A DNA stretch of 64,000 nt from Candidatus Sulfomarinibacteraceae bacterium (lineage in GTDB: Bacteria; Acidobacteriota; Thermoanaerobaculia; Thermoanaerobaculales; Sulfomarinibacteraceae). Of this stretch, positions 1 to 12,443 are shown in pieces. The DNA is taken from contig CAWCLO010000006.1 of NCBI GenBank assembly GCA_963796455.1, forward strand, positions 64,001-128,000, given 5' to 3'. The position numbers were made by a program, and so were the translations under genes. Under the pieces are notes generated by a model, which was given only the letters and a program-made list of their open reading frames with translations, searched no databases and was not told the origin of the DNA. The stretch's first letter is position 1, and each line of letters starts with the position of its first letter.

Positions 1-119
1 GAATCGGCGAGACAGTAGTTTTGGTCGGGAAACACCCACCCGAAATCGATCCGCCGAGCCAGCGCACCCGAATCCTGACCCTGGCCGTACCGATGGAAGC
101 TCCGGAGCGGCGACAAAGA

Positions 120-341
120 TTAGCCTGGGGCGTGAACCCCAGGTTCGAGGGCCAAATAATCCGAGTCCCGGAAGGGCTGACACCTGACGGGCCAAATAAC
201 GCCAGTATTCAATCATGGCCGTCGATAGCGATAGCGGTTCCGATAGCGATAGCGATTTCCTTCCGAAGGTTAACCCGGGGTATAGAAAACACCATTTGGC
301 CGGCGGCGCCGAGGATCGTGTAGAGCCCCGGAGGGGCGACA
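120..341. repeat. Intergenic palindromic/REP-like and hexamer repeat patch
   Basis: Hairpin cctgggg-cgtgaa-ccccagg near 124-143; related units agtcccggaagggctgaca (~163-181) and agagccccggaggggcgaca (~322-341); (gatagc)n at ~224-256, a motif that recurs elsewhere in the window. Confidence 0.55.
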
Positions 342-359
342 GACCTTCCGAACTCGGAA

Positions 360-1433
360 TCACACCGCAGCTCGGATATCCGACGTCGCTTGCCCGATCA
401 ACCCCTTCTTCACCATCAGTTCTGCGTTCAGTATCGCCGCCCCAGCGGCACCTCGTATCGTATTGTTCACGAGCGCCACGAGCCGGACGTCGTGGATCGG
501 GCAGCGCCGGATTCTGCCGACGGTGACCTGCATCCCATGGCCGTTGCCTGAGTGTGCCCTCGGACGCGGCACCTCGTCACCTGGGAGCACCAGGATCGGC
601 CGATCGGGCGCCGACGGCAGATCGAGATCCTGGATCTCGCCCCGGAAGTTCGACAAAACATCCTCCACCTCGTGCGTCGTCGCGCTCCGGTGCAGACGGA
701 GCGACATACAGAGGAGGTGTCCTTCCACCACCGGAACCCTGGTGGTCTGCGCACTGATCGTGATCGAGGCGTGAGAAACCCGGCCGCCGTGTCGCCGGCC
801 GAGGATCTTCTGCGGCTCGGACTCAAGCTTTTCCTCCTCGCCGGGAATCAACGGAACAGCGTCACCGAGAATATCAAGCGCCGAGATCCCCGGATACCCC
901 GCGCCCGACACGGCCTGCAGCGTTGTGACTTGAACCGCATCGACGCCAAAGGCATCGGCCAGTGGTTTGAGCACCATCACCAAACCGACGGTGGCGCAAT
1001 TGGGGTTGGTCACCACCGGAGCCTTCTTTGCGTCAATGCATTCGAGGAGTCGAAGATGGTCCGGGTTGACCTCGGGCACGATCAACGGCACAGCCGGGTC
1101 CATCCGCAGGGCCGATGCGTTGGAAACCACCGGGATCCCGGCCGCCGCCAGCCTCGGTTCGACTTCAATCGCGATCGGAGCATCAAGAGCGGAAAAGGCA
1201 AGGTCGCAATCGAAGGCATCCCCCACTGATTGCACGATCATATCGGCGACCGGAGCGGGTGGAGCGCCCGGTTCCATCCAATGAACCGCCTCTCCATAGG
1301 AACGGCCAACCGACCGCGGAGAAGCCGCAACCGACGTCACCTCGAACCATGGATGTTCGCTGAGCAGGCGGACGATTTTCTGACCGACGGTTCCCGTCGC
1401 TCCGAGGACCGCAACCCTATGCCGCCGAGACAT
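360..1433 (-). CDS. asd: Aspartate-semialdehyde dehydrogenase
   Basis: VAVLGATGTVGQ Rossmann motif, NPNCAT catalytic Cys, QAVSGAG, RVPV..GH, NTIRGAAG. Start set at MSRRH (1433) behind AAGGAGG. Confidence 0.95.
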   Translation of the reverse strand: MSRRHRVAVLGATGTVGQKIVRLLSEHPWFEVTSVAASPRSVGRSYGEAVHWMEPGAPPAPVADMIVQSVGDAFDCDLAFSALDAPIAIEVEPRLAAAGIPVVSNASALRMDPAVPLIVPEVNPDHLRLLECIDAKKAPVVTNPNCATVGLVMVLKPLADAFGVDAVQVTTLQAVSGAGYPGISALDILGDAVPLIPGEEEKLESEPQKILGRRHGGRVSHASITISAQTTRVPVVEGHLLCMSLRLHRSATTHEVEDVLSNFRGEIQDLDLPSAPDRPILVLPGDEVPRPRAHSGNGHGMQVTVGRIRRCPIHDVRLVALVNNTIRGAAGAAILNAELMVKKGLIGQATSDIRAAV

Positions 1434-2771
1434 GTTGAACCTCCTTGTTTCCGGCCGAGGGCCTCGCCTTACGGACAAGAATGGGTTCACGGTCGAGCAT
1501 CAGAGCGTCGTGAATGATGCACACCGCAGACTTCAGATCGTCCCGTTCCAGAAGCAGCGCCACCGTGTGAGAGCCTGCACCGGCGGCAAAACTCCGGACC
1601 ACGATGCCGCGGCGGGCCAAAGCCTCGAGAGCACGTCCAGCAACCCACGGCTGAAGTGCGATGTCGTGTCCGACCAGGGTGACGATACCCGCGTGATAAA
1701 GAGGTCCCACCGATCCGACGACCGTTGCATCCGAATCCGAAGAAACCGCCACGAGGGTTGCCCCGTCGGCCGACGCGCGGCAGGACATGAGGACATCTTT
1801 CGCCGACACCGGGCTTTCTGAAGGAACCCGATACACGGTGACCTTTTCAAAGACAGACACGGCGACCACACGGCTCGCAGCCTCCGACCGGGCGGTGATC
1901 TCGGTCCCCCGCCGGGTCGGCGCCAAGGTATTTCGAACATGAATCGGAATTCCCCGCTCGGCCAAGGGCTGCACCGTTTTCGGGTGGAGCACCTTGGCAC
2001 CAAAAAAGGACAGTTCCGATGCCTCCTCGTACGACAACCAGGGAATGGTCGACACGCTGGCGACCAGGCGCGGCGGAGCCGTCAGGACGCCATCCACATC
2101 GGTCCAGATCTCGACTCGTTCAGCCTCGAGCACGGCGCCCAGCACAGCGGCGCTCAGATCGGAGCCGCCGCGGCCGAGAGTCGTGGTTCGAGCCAATGCG
2201 TCCGCGCCGAGAAACCCCGTGACGACCGGTGTCGTGCGTGCCAATCCGTCGAGAAAACCGGCACAGCGCCGCCGTGAGGCTTCAAGATCCACGCGCGCCT
2301 CACCAAAGGTGCTGTCGGTAGCCACCAGTTCGGTGCCATCAACGGGCCGCGCCGGACAGCCGATCGAGGACAGTGTGGCGGCGACCAGTTGGATCGACAA
2401 TCGCTCGCCGGCAGCAAGCACCCGGTCGACGACCTCGCTTCGGTTCCGGCTATTCCCGGCTAAATCTCCGAGGTCAGAACGAAGGTTTTTGATGACTCTC
2501 CGAATATCGTATTCGGCCGGTGGCCGATATTGCGCCGGGAGGCGCTCGAGGACCTCGAGGTGTTCGAGACCTATCGCATTCACCTCGGCGGCCCAGTCCG
2601 CAGCCGGATCGGCCGCGGAATCGACGAGCGCCAGCAGCCGACTGGTGACTCCGGCAGCGGCGGATGCCACCACGACCACCTGAGTGTCCCGCGACGTTTC
2701 GCACACCAGGCGCGCCGCCCGATCGATGCATTCACCATTGGCCAACGAGGTGCCGCCGAACTTGAGAATCC

Positions 2772-2775
<4 letters not shown>
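1417..2775 (-). CDS. lysC: Aspartokinase (monofunctional, degenerate ACT region)
   Basis: ILKFGGTS, TTLGRGGSDLSA, WTDVDGV, YEEASELSFFGAKVLHP. ATG overlaps the metX stop (ATGA). Confidence 0.9.
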
Positions 2776-5468
<2,693 letters not shown>

Positions 5469-5480
5469 CCATTTCATTCT

Positions 5481-5559
5481 GTGGGGGCGGGGCATGCCCC
5501 GCCAATACGGATTCCCGAGGTGTCACCATTCCGAATTCCGAATTCGGAATTCCGAATTC
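5481..5559. repeat. REP-like palindrome plus (ttccgaa)n heptamer tandem repeat
   Basis: gtgggggcggggcatgccccgcc (5481-5503) followed by attccgaattccgaattcggaattccgaattc (5528-5559). Confidence 0.8.
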
Positions 5560-5566
5560 TCCAAAC

Positions 5567-5965
5567 CTATCCCATTTTCTCGAGCATCCGGCGCAACTTC
5601 TCCTCCACCTTTTCGGCGATCGGCGCCACATCGGAATTGTCGACCAGGGAAAAACCCGCGGTGGGTTTGAAGGCGGAAACAATGGATCCCCCACCTTCGC
5701 GTTCCATCACCACCACATTGCACGGCAGCAGGACTCCGATGAACGGCTCGCCGGTTATGGCCTGATGGGCGAGGTGGGGGTTGCACGCCCCTAAAATCAC
5801 ATAACGTTTGAAGTCCACATCGATCTTTTTCTTGAGCGTCGCCTTGACGTCGATCTCGGTCAGCACGCCAAAACCCTCGTCCGCCAGCAACATCGTCGCC
5901 TGTTCGACCGCGGCGTCGTAATCCATATCCGGCAGCTCTTTGACCAATGCATAACGAATTTCCAT
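5567..5965 (-). CDS. DUF302 domain protein
   Basis: GFGVLTEIDVKATLKKK, YVILGACNP, GVLLPCNVVV. Start MEIRY behind GGAGG. Confidence 0.88.
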   Translation of the reverse strand: MEIRYALVKELPDMDYDAAVEQATMLLADEGFGVLTEIDVKATLKKKIDVDFKRYVILGACNPHLAHQAITGEPFIGVLLPCNVVVMEREGGGSIVSAFKPTAGFSLVDNSDVAPIAEKVEEKLRRMLEKMG

Positions 5966-6059
5966 CAGCGCCTCCAATACACGATCAACGGTCTCGGCAC
6001 CAAAGGTAGCAGAACCGGATTTGAAGCCGAATCCAACCGGCTTCGGTAGGCTGGAAACA

Positions 6060-8591
6060 ATGATTCGGTACATCGTGGTCCGAGCCCTCCTGATTCTGAC
6101 GCTGGTCGAGTCTGCGGCCTTTGCCCAGCAGCCCTCGCCACTGGCCGGCCGGCCACTGGCGGATGTTCTTGCCGAGCTCCAGGCTGGCGGTCTGAGAATC
6201 GTCTACTCGACCGCGATCGTCCGGTCCTCCATGAAGGTGACTGCCGAACCCTCGAGCGACGACCCGCGGACGGTTCTCGACGAGATCCTGGCGCCGCACG
6301 ACCTGCGCGCCGAAGCGGGGCCCGGTGGCACCATCATCATTCTTGATACCAAGCCTCGGCAGACCGGCCCGCCCACTGGTCGGATCGAGGGAATCGCAAT
6401 CATCGCAGATCAGGCGCCTCTCGCCACGACGATCGAAATCACGATCGACGACACCGGATTCGGCGTGGCGACCGGCCCCGACGGCACCTTTCATTTTCCG
6501 AAGGTCCCCGAGGGCACATACATTCTCACGGCAAAAGCGGAAGGATTCGCACTCCAGAAAATCGAGGATGTCCAGGTCGAGGAAGGTTCGAGCGCGAGAG
6601 TGCGATTCGTGCTGGTGCCTCTGTCGGTCTTTCTGAGCGAAGTCATCGTGACCCCGAGTCATTTCAGATTGCTCCTCGAACAACCGGAGAATCGCCAGTT
6701 CCTCAACCGGGAGGAGGTCGCGCAGATGCCCCACGCGGCCAATGACCTCTACCGAGCCGTCAAACGACTGCCAGGCGGCGCCGGTGGCGACTACTCCGCC
6801 AATTTCAGCGTCCGCGGCGGCGTCCAGGACGAAATGCTGGTGATCCTCGATGGGCTCGAGCTCTACGAACCCTTTCACCTCAAGGATTTCCAGAACGTCT
6901 TCTCGACCATCGACTCGGAAGCGGTGGGCGGAGTCGATTTTCTCACCGGCGGATTCCCCGCCGAATACGGCGATCGAATGAGCGGAGTGATGGACATCTC
7001 GATCGCCACTCCAAGCGGTCCCACCACGACGGCCATCGAAGTAGGCACTCTCAACTCCAGGATCATGAGTCAGGGTTCTTTCGACCAGGGTGAAGGCGGT
7101 TGGTTCGTCTCGGCGCGGGCATGGTATCCGGCGGCAGTCGCAGGTCTCGTCACCGGTTCGGAAAACCAGGTCATCACGGACTATTACGACCTTATCGCCA
7201 AGCTCCAACACACGATCGGCGTCCGATCGACTCTCTCGGCCAATTTCCTGGTCGCCTTCGATGATCTCGCGTACGGGGAGCAGGACGCAGAGGAGATTCA
7301 GGAGGTCACGGCGGAATACGGCAGCTACGCCGCCTGGCTCAATCTGCAAACCCTGTGGCGGCCCGAACTGTGGTCGCAGACCGTGCTCTCGGCCTCCAGG
7401 CTGAGGCGGCAACGAATGGGCGGTCTCGACGAGTTGAACCAGGGCGTACTGGCGGTCGACGACCACCGCAACTTCAATGCCTTCAATCTCGGTCAGGACT
7501 GGGCCTTTGATCTCAGCGACCGACAGATCCTCAAATGGGGTTTCGATCTCACCCACTCCGACGCCGAATACCGTTATTTCAACCTGTCGACCTTTGACCC
7601 CGGGTCGGAAGTCTTTGTGCTCCTCGAACCCGAGGGCGATGCGTTCGCGGCCTACGCCTCGGATCGGCTGCGGCTGACCGATCATATGGTCATCGAACTC
7701 GGGCTGCGGTGGGACCGGCAGACGTGGATCGACGAGGGACATTTCAGCCCGCGCTTCAACCTCGCCTACCAACCCGGCCCACGGACCACGCTTCGGGCAG
7801 CATGGGGACAGTTCCGCCAGAGTCAACGCCTCAACGAGCTGCAGATAGAGGACGGCGTCGAGGAGTTCTATCCGGCACAACTGTCGGAGCATTGGCTGGT
7901 GAGCGCCGAACACGGCTTCAGCCGCGCCCTCGGCGTCAGGCTCGAGCTTTATTACAAGGACATCGTCGAGATCCGGCCGCGATATGAAAATCTTTTCGAC
8001 CCGATCGTGCTCTTTCCAGAGGTTGAACCCGACCGCATTCTGGTGGATCCCGACCGCGGCCGGGCGCGCGGTTTCGAGATCGTTTTCAAGGGTTCATCGG
8101 GGGCCGCCACCACCTGGTGGGCCAGCTATTCGCTCTCCAACGCCGAAGATCTCATCGATGATCGCTGGCAGCCCCGGAGCTGGGACCAACAACACGCGGC
8201 CACCGCCGGGCTCAACCTCGCGCTGAATCACGGTTGGAACCTCAACATCGCCGGGACCTACCACAGCGGGTGGCCGACCACCGCGCTCACCGCCGAGTTC
8301 GTCGAGGATCCCGACGGCGAGCCCGAGATCCAGCCGATCCTCGGTCCCCGTAACGCCGAACGCCTCCCTTCTTATTACCGATTCGATGCGCGCGCGAGCA
8401 AGTTCTTTCCGAGCAACTCCGGCGACTTCACCCTGGTCCTCGAGGTCCTCAATCTCACCAATCGCAGAAACGTCTGTTGCATCGAGGATTTCGAGTACAT
8501 TGTCTCCGACGACGGGACGGTCACCGTCCTGCCGCAAAACCGGTACTGGGCCCCGATCATCCCCTCGGTTTCGCTCCGGTGGCAGTTCTGA
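6060..8591 (+). CDS. TonB-dependent outer-membrane receptor with N-terminal signalling (STN-like) and carboxypeptidase-regulatory-like domains
   Basis: Signal peptide MIRYIVV...AFAQQ; plug motif VRGG..DEMLVILDG.ELYEPFH; GGFPAEYGDRMSGV; C-terminal RWQF; adjacent ECF sigma and FecR genes. Confidence 0.9.
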   Translation: MIRYIVVRALLILTLVESAAFAQQPSPLAGRPLADVLAELQAGGLRIVYSTAIVRSSMKVTAEPSSDDPRTVLDEILAPHDLRAEAGPGGTIIILDTKPRQTGPPTGRIEGIAIIADQAPLATTIEITIDDTGFGVATGPDGTFHFPKVPEGTYILTAKAEGFALQKIEDVQVEEGSSARVRFVLVPLSVFLSEVIVTPSHFRLLLEQPENRQFLNREEVAQMPHAANDLYRAVKRLPGGAGGDYSANFSVRGGVQDEMLVILDGLELYEPFHLKDFQNVFSTIDSEAVGGVDFLTGGFPAEYGDRMSGVMDISIATPSGPTTTAIEVGTLNSRIMSQGSFDQGEGGWFVSARAWYPAAVAGLVTGSENQVITDYYDLIAKLQHTIGVRSTLSANFLVAFDDLAYGEQDAEEIQEVTAEYGSYAAWLNLQTLWRPELWSQTVLSASRLRRQRMGGLDELNQGVLAVDDHRNFNAFNLGQDWAFDLSDRQILKWGFDLTHSDAEYRYFNLSTFDPGSEVFVLLEPEGDAFAAYASDRLRLTDHMVIELGLRWDRQTWIDEGHFSPRFNLAYQPGPRTTLRAAWGQFRQSQRLNELQIEDGVEEFYPAQLSEHWLVSAEHGFSRALGVRLELYYKDIVEIRPRYENLFDPIVLFPEVEPDRILVDPDRGRARGFEIVFKGSSGAATTWWASYSLSNAEDLIDDRWQPRSWDQQHAATAGLNLALNHGWNLNIAGTYHSGWPTTALTAEFVEDPDGEPEIQPILGPRNAERLPSYYRFDARASKFFPSNSGDFTLVLEVLNLTNRRNVCCIEDFEYIVSDDGTVTVLPQNRYWAPIIPSVSLRWQF

Positions 8592-8663
8592 TGGACCGCA
8601 GGGGAGCCGCGAAGGATTTCGGGCCATTTCCGACACCTACCTTTTGAAAGGAGACCGGCCACC

Positions 8664-9251
8664 GTGCGTGAGAACTATTCGGAGGACCGCAAACTGGTCA
8701 AACGGATGGCCCGTGGCGATGCCCGCGCCTTCGATGAGTTCGTCGACGAGTACTATCCCCGGGTCTTCCGATTTGCCTACCCCCGGGTCGGCAGAAACCC
8801 CGAAGCGACACAGGATGTGGTTCAAACGACTTTTGCGGCCGTGATCCGCAAGATTTCCGACTACCGGGGCGAAGCGGCGCTCTTCACCTGGCTGTGCTCG
8901 TTTTGCCGGTACGAGATCGCCGCCCATTGGAGGCGGCACGGGAAGACCCGACACGAAATCGAGTTGATCGAGGATTCCCGCGACATACGCGGCGCCCTTG
9001 AGAGCCTCGGTGCGGTTGCGGACGAGACGGTCGCTCGATTTGAACGGGAGGAAGTCGGCCGGATGGTCTGGGCGGTCCTCGACAACCTCCCGTTGCGATA
9101 CGGAAACGCCCTGCAGTGGAAGTACATTCAGGGTCTGTCGGTCAGCGAGGTCGCAGACCACCTCGGTGTCAGCACAAAAGCTGCCGAGTCGGTCCTGACC
9201 CGGGCACGGCAGGCCTTTCGAGATGGTTTTGCGGCGGTTGCCGGAGGATGA
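8664..9251 (+). CDS. ECF RNA polymerase sigma factor
   Basis: GDARAFDEFV, DVVQTTF, TWLC, region 4 GLSVSEVADHLGVSTKAAESVLTRAR. Confidence 0.92.
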   Translation: MRENYSEDRKLVKRMARGDARAFDEFVDEYYPRVFRFAYPRVGRNPEATQDVVQTTFAAVIRKISDYRGEAALFTWLCSFCRYEIAAHWRRHGKTRHEIELIEDSRDIRGALESLGAVADETVARFEREEVGRMVWAVLDNLPLRYGNALQWKYIQGLSVSEVADHLGVSTKAAESVLTRARQAFRDGFAAVAGG

Positions 9252-9252
9252 G

Positions 9253-10293
9253 ATGAAGGACAAAAAAATTACCGACGCACCCGCGACGTTTCCCGATCAA
9301 GAAGATGGCAAGGGCGGCCTCGTCGAGCGTTTGCTCGAGGCGGCCGGTCCCGGGCCGGAGATCCCCGAAGACGGCGCCGAGAGCGTCAAAAACGCCCTCC
9401 GCCCCGTGTGGCGATCACAGGTGGCTGAGCGCAAGAGACGCCGACGGAGCCTGTGGCTCGGCAGCGGTCTCGCCGCCGCGGCCGCCGTCGTGTTTTTTGC
9501 GGTGGTCCTGCCTTCGACGCGGCAGCCCGAGGTGGCGCCGGCACCGGCGCTCTTTGCGGTTTCTGAGATCCGTGGTTCGGTCGAGATCGTCACCGCCGAT
9601 GGAACCCAGGCCACGGCGGAAGGCCCGCAGCAGGGGCTCTTGATCCCCGTCGGATCGATGATCCGAACCGGGACGGAGAGCCGGATCGCTCTCTCCACGG
9701 CGGAAATTCAATCGATCCGACTCGATCGGGAGACCTGGGTTCGGCTCGAATCCGCCTCGACAATCGAGCTCGACCGAGGCGGTGTGTATGTCGATTCCGG
9801 CCACACGAGCGAAAGCTCCATCGAGATCCGAACCACCATGGGTTCGGCCCGGGATGTCGGCACCCGGTTCGAGGTTCGACTGGAAGACGAGCACCTGACC
9901 GTGCGAGTTCGAGACGGTATGGTGGCGCTGGCTCTCCGCAGCGAATTCATCGAAATCGGGGACGGCGCCGCTGTTGATGTCGCCGCCGATGGTTCGCACG
10001 AAGCGACCCGTATCGAGGCCCACCACTCTTCGTGGGCATGGGTGGAAGAAATCGCTCCAGCCCTCGAAATCGAAGGCCGAACCGCCCTCGAATTCCTCCA
10101 GTGGTACTCCGCGGAGACGGGTCTTCAAATCGATTTTGCGGACGCCGAGATCGAGCAATTCGCCCGCTCCACGATCTTGCACGGAACCATCGAAGGGCTC
10201 AGCCCCTCCGATGCCCTCCTCACCGTCCTTCCCGGCAGCCGGTTGGTGGTGATTGAGCAAGCAGGAACGCTGCTCGTAGAGAGCGCCGACTGA
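9253..10293 (+). CDS. FecR-family anti-sigma/transmembrane sensor
   Basis: Single TM helix after RRRR; FecR motif ARDVGTRFEVR...VRVRDGMV; follows the ECF sigma gene. Confidence 0.88.
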   Translation: MKDKKITDAPATFPDQEDGKGGLVERLLEAAGPGPEIPEDGAESVKNALRPVWRSQVAERKRRRRSLWLGSGLAAAAAVVFFAVVLPSTRQPEVAPAPALFAVSEIRGSVEIVTADGTQATAEGPQQGLLIPVGSMIRTGTESRIALSTAEIQSIRLDRETWVRLESASTIELDRGGVYVDSGHTSESSIEIRTTMGSARDVGTRFEVRLEDEHLTVRVRDGMVALALRSEFIEIGDGAAVDVAADGSHEATRIEAHHSSWAWVEEIAPALEIEGRTALEFLQWYSAETGLQIDFADAEIEQFARSTILHGTIEGLSPSDALLTVLPGSRLVVIEQAGTLLVESAD

Positions 10294-10343
10294 ATTTTTT
10301 CCGGCCGCGAAGGATTTGCGCCCCATGGTGACACCTACCTCCC

Positions 10344-11885
10344 ATGGGAGCAAAAGCAATCAATGCAAGCGTCGCATCACCCCGGGATCGGGCATGGACA
10401 CCGATCCGATGGCATCGCGAGTCGATCCTCCTGGCGGCCGGCGGAGCCGCACTGCTGCTTGCGGCAATACTGCGCGTGACGCTCGCCGTCAGTCTGCCCT
10501 TGGTGGAACCCACCGAAGCACGCTACGCACAGATCGCGGCCGAAATGTCCGCCAACGGCGACTGGTTGATCCCTCACGTGTGGATCCACGGCGCACGGAC
10601 CGAGTTCCTCGGCAAACCGCCGCTCTTTGTCTGGACCACAGCATTCTGCGTTTCGGTGTTCGGCCCAACCGAGTTTGCAGTTCGGCTTCCATCCCTGATC
10701 GCAACCATTGCGCTCCTGTCGCTGATGGTCTGGATCATCCGCCGATGTCTGGGAGCCGGGACGGCCTGGAATGCGGCCCTGATCACGTCGACCTGTCTGC
10801 TGGTCTTCGGATCGTCGGCGACGGTCATCTACGATATGTATCTCGCTTTCTTCGTTTCCACCGCCCTGCTCGCCCAACTCGCCTTATCTACAGCCACGGA
10901 TCCGGCCGCACTTCGCCGGTGGAGCCTCATGGTTTTTCTGCTACTCGCCGGCGGCTTCATGACCAAGGGCCCTGTGGCCATCGTCCTTTTCGGTATTCCG
11001 GTCGTCGCGTGGACAGCGCTCGCACGGAGCTGGCGTCTCATACGCCGCCACCACTGGACCATCGGTCTGCTCCTCTTTTTCGCCATCGTCACTCCCTGGT
11101 TCGTACTCGCGGAGATCCGCAGCTCGGGCTTTCTTCGATATTTCTTCGTCAATGAGAACATGCTCCGCTACCTGGTGGCGGACTATGGCGATCGGTATGG
11201 AGCGGGTCATCGTTTCCCGTACGGGACCGCGGTGCTCTTTTTCGTCGTCGGCTCTCTTCCATGGAGCCTCGTCGCCATCAGGATGGTGACCAAGAGGGGG
11301 ATCAAAGCCGTTGTGGCGGACCCCGGTGATCGCGTCACCCTCTTTCTCTTTTTAGGCTTTGCCACACAGATCGGGTTCTGGATCTTCGCCCGCCAGTTGC
11401 TGGGTACCTATCTGCTTCCCGCCATTCCACTCTTCGGAGTCTGGCTGGCCCGCATGCTGAACCGTTCGGGTTGGTCGCCTGGCCGAATCACGGCGGTGGC
11501 AGGCTCTTCGGCGCTGATCTGGGCCGTCGTCCTGGTGGCCGCCGCACCAATCGCGGCCGCACACTCCGCGCGGCCAGCACTGGAACGAGCCCACGATCTC
11601 TCCCGGGGATCGGGGCTCGGCGGCAGCTTCGAGGTCGCAGGTCCCACCCCCTACTCGGCGTCCTTTTATCTCGACGACTCCGTCATCCATCATCCCCGGG
11701 AGCCCGCGGCTACGACCCTGATCACCGCCCTCGAATCGCCTGACCGGAGGCTGGTGATCCTTCGCCGTCGTGATGCCGAGCAAATGCCATCGCAGATTCG
11801 GCATCGCCTGCACCCATTGACGACGGACCATCGCTGGTACTTCGTTCTGACACATTCGGATCGGCATCCCCGCCGAAGGCGCTGA
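10344..11885 (+). CDS. ArnT/GT39-family membrane glycosyltransferase
   Basis: TEARYAQIAAEM..GDWLIP, GKPPLFVW, EFAVRLPS, MTKGPVA, YLLPAIP. Exact start uncertain. Confidence 0.85.
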   Translation: MGAKAINASVASPRDRAWTPIRWHRESILLAAGGAALLLAAILRVTLAVSLPLVEPTEARYAQIAAEMSANGDWLIPHVWIHGARTEFLGKPPLFVWTTAFCVSVFGPTEFAVRLPSLIATIALLSLMVWIIRRCLGAGTAWNAALITSTCLLVFGSSATVIYDMYLAFFVSTALLAQLALSTATDPAALRRWSLMVFLLLAGGFMTKGPVAIVLFGIPVVAWTALARSWRLIRRHHWTIGLLLFFAIVTPWFVLAEIRSSGFLRYFFVNENMLRYLVADYGDRYGAGHRFPYGTAVLFFVVGSLPWSLVAIRMVTKRGIKAVVADPGDRVTLFLFLGFATQIGFWIFARQLLGTYLLPAIPLFGVWLARMLNRSGWSPGRITAVAGSSALIWAVVLVAAAPIAAAHSARPALERAHDLSRGSGLGGSFEVAGPTPYSASFYLDDSVIHHPREPAATTLITALESPDRRLVILRRRDAEQMPSQIRHRLHPLTTDHRWYFVLTHSDRHPRRRR

Positions 11886-12146
11886 TTTCCCGACGACCAA
11901 CTACAAATCTCCGGAATCAATTGTGTTTCGTTGCAGTATTGGATGGTGTGGGAATCTTCAAACGCATTTTTTCGGGGTGGCGTAAACTGGATGACATGAG
12001 ACACGAAATACAGGCTTCTGGCGGCCACATCCAGGAGAAATTTGTAACCATTTACCCTCTGCGGTGTCTAATAAATAGGGAGGACACCTACGATTCTCGG
12101 GAGCAGCGGAGTATGTCATTGGTTTCGACCACTCAGGGACGTCACG

Positions 12147-12443
12147 ATGGATGAGGACAGACTGCGCCTCGAGACCATCGTCGAGCCCGGGGGGGGTGTG
12201 ACCATCGCCGCGCACGGTTATCTGGACAAGACGGGTGGCGAACAGCTCGCCCGGGAATCACTCGATGCTCTGGCCGCCGGCCAGACCCACCTTCGCATCG
12301 ATCTCGACGATGTGCCACTTTTCAACTGTTCCGGGGCGCGCCACCTGGTTGCCGCCATCGATAAACTCCACCAAAAAGGACGTGAAGTAGAGTTGATCGG
12401 GGCGAACTCACCTCTCCAGACTTTCCTCCACCTCAATCCGTAG
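12147..12443 (+). CDS. STAS-domain protein (anti-anti-sigma-like)
   Basis: 98 aa with GYLD...LRIDLDDVPLFNCSGARHLV, matching the STAS pattern. Confidence 0.65.
   Translation: MDEDRLRLETIVEPGGGVTIAAHGYLDKTGGEQLARESLDALAAGQTHLRIDLDDVPLFNCSGARHLVAAIDKLHQKGREVELIGANSPLQTFLHLNP

Noticed and set aside
1..323. ORF 21-323 or a gene entering from the left edge
   Set aside because: It runs through repeat DNA (IAIAVPIAIAI) with no recognisable motif, so it cannot be supported.
5985..7913. 642-aa minus-strand ORF
   Set aside because: Antisense shadow of the TonB receptor, typical of GC-rich DNA, with no motifs.
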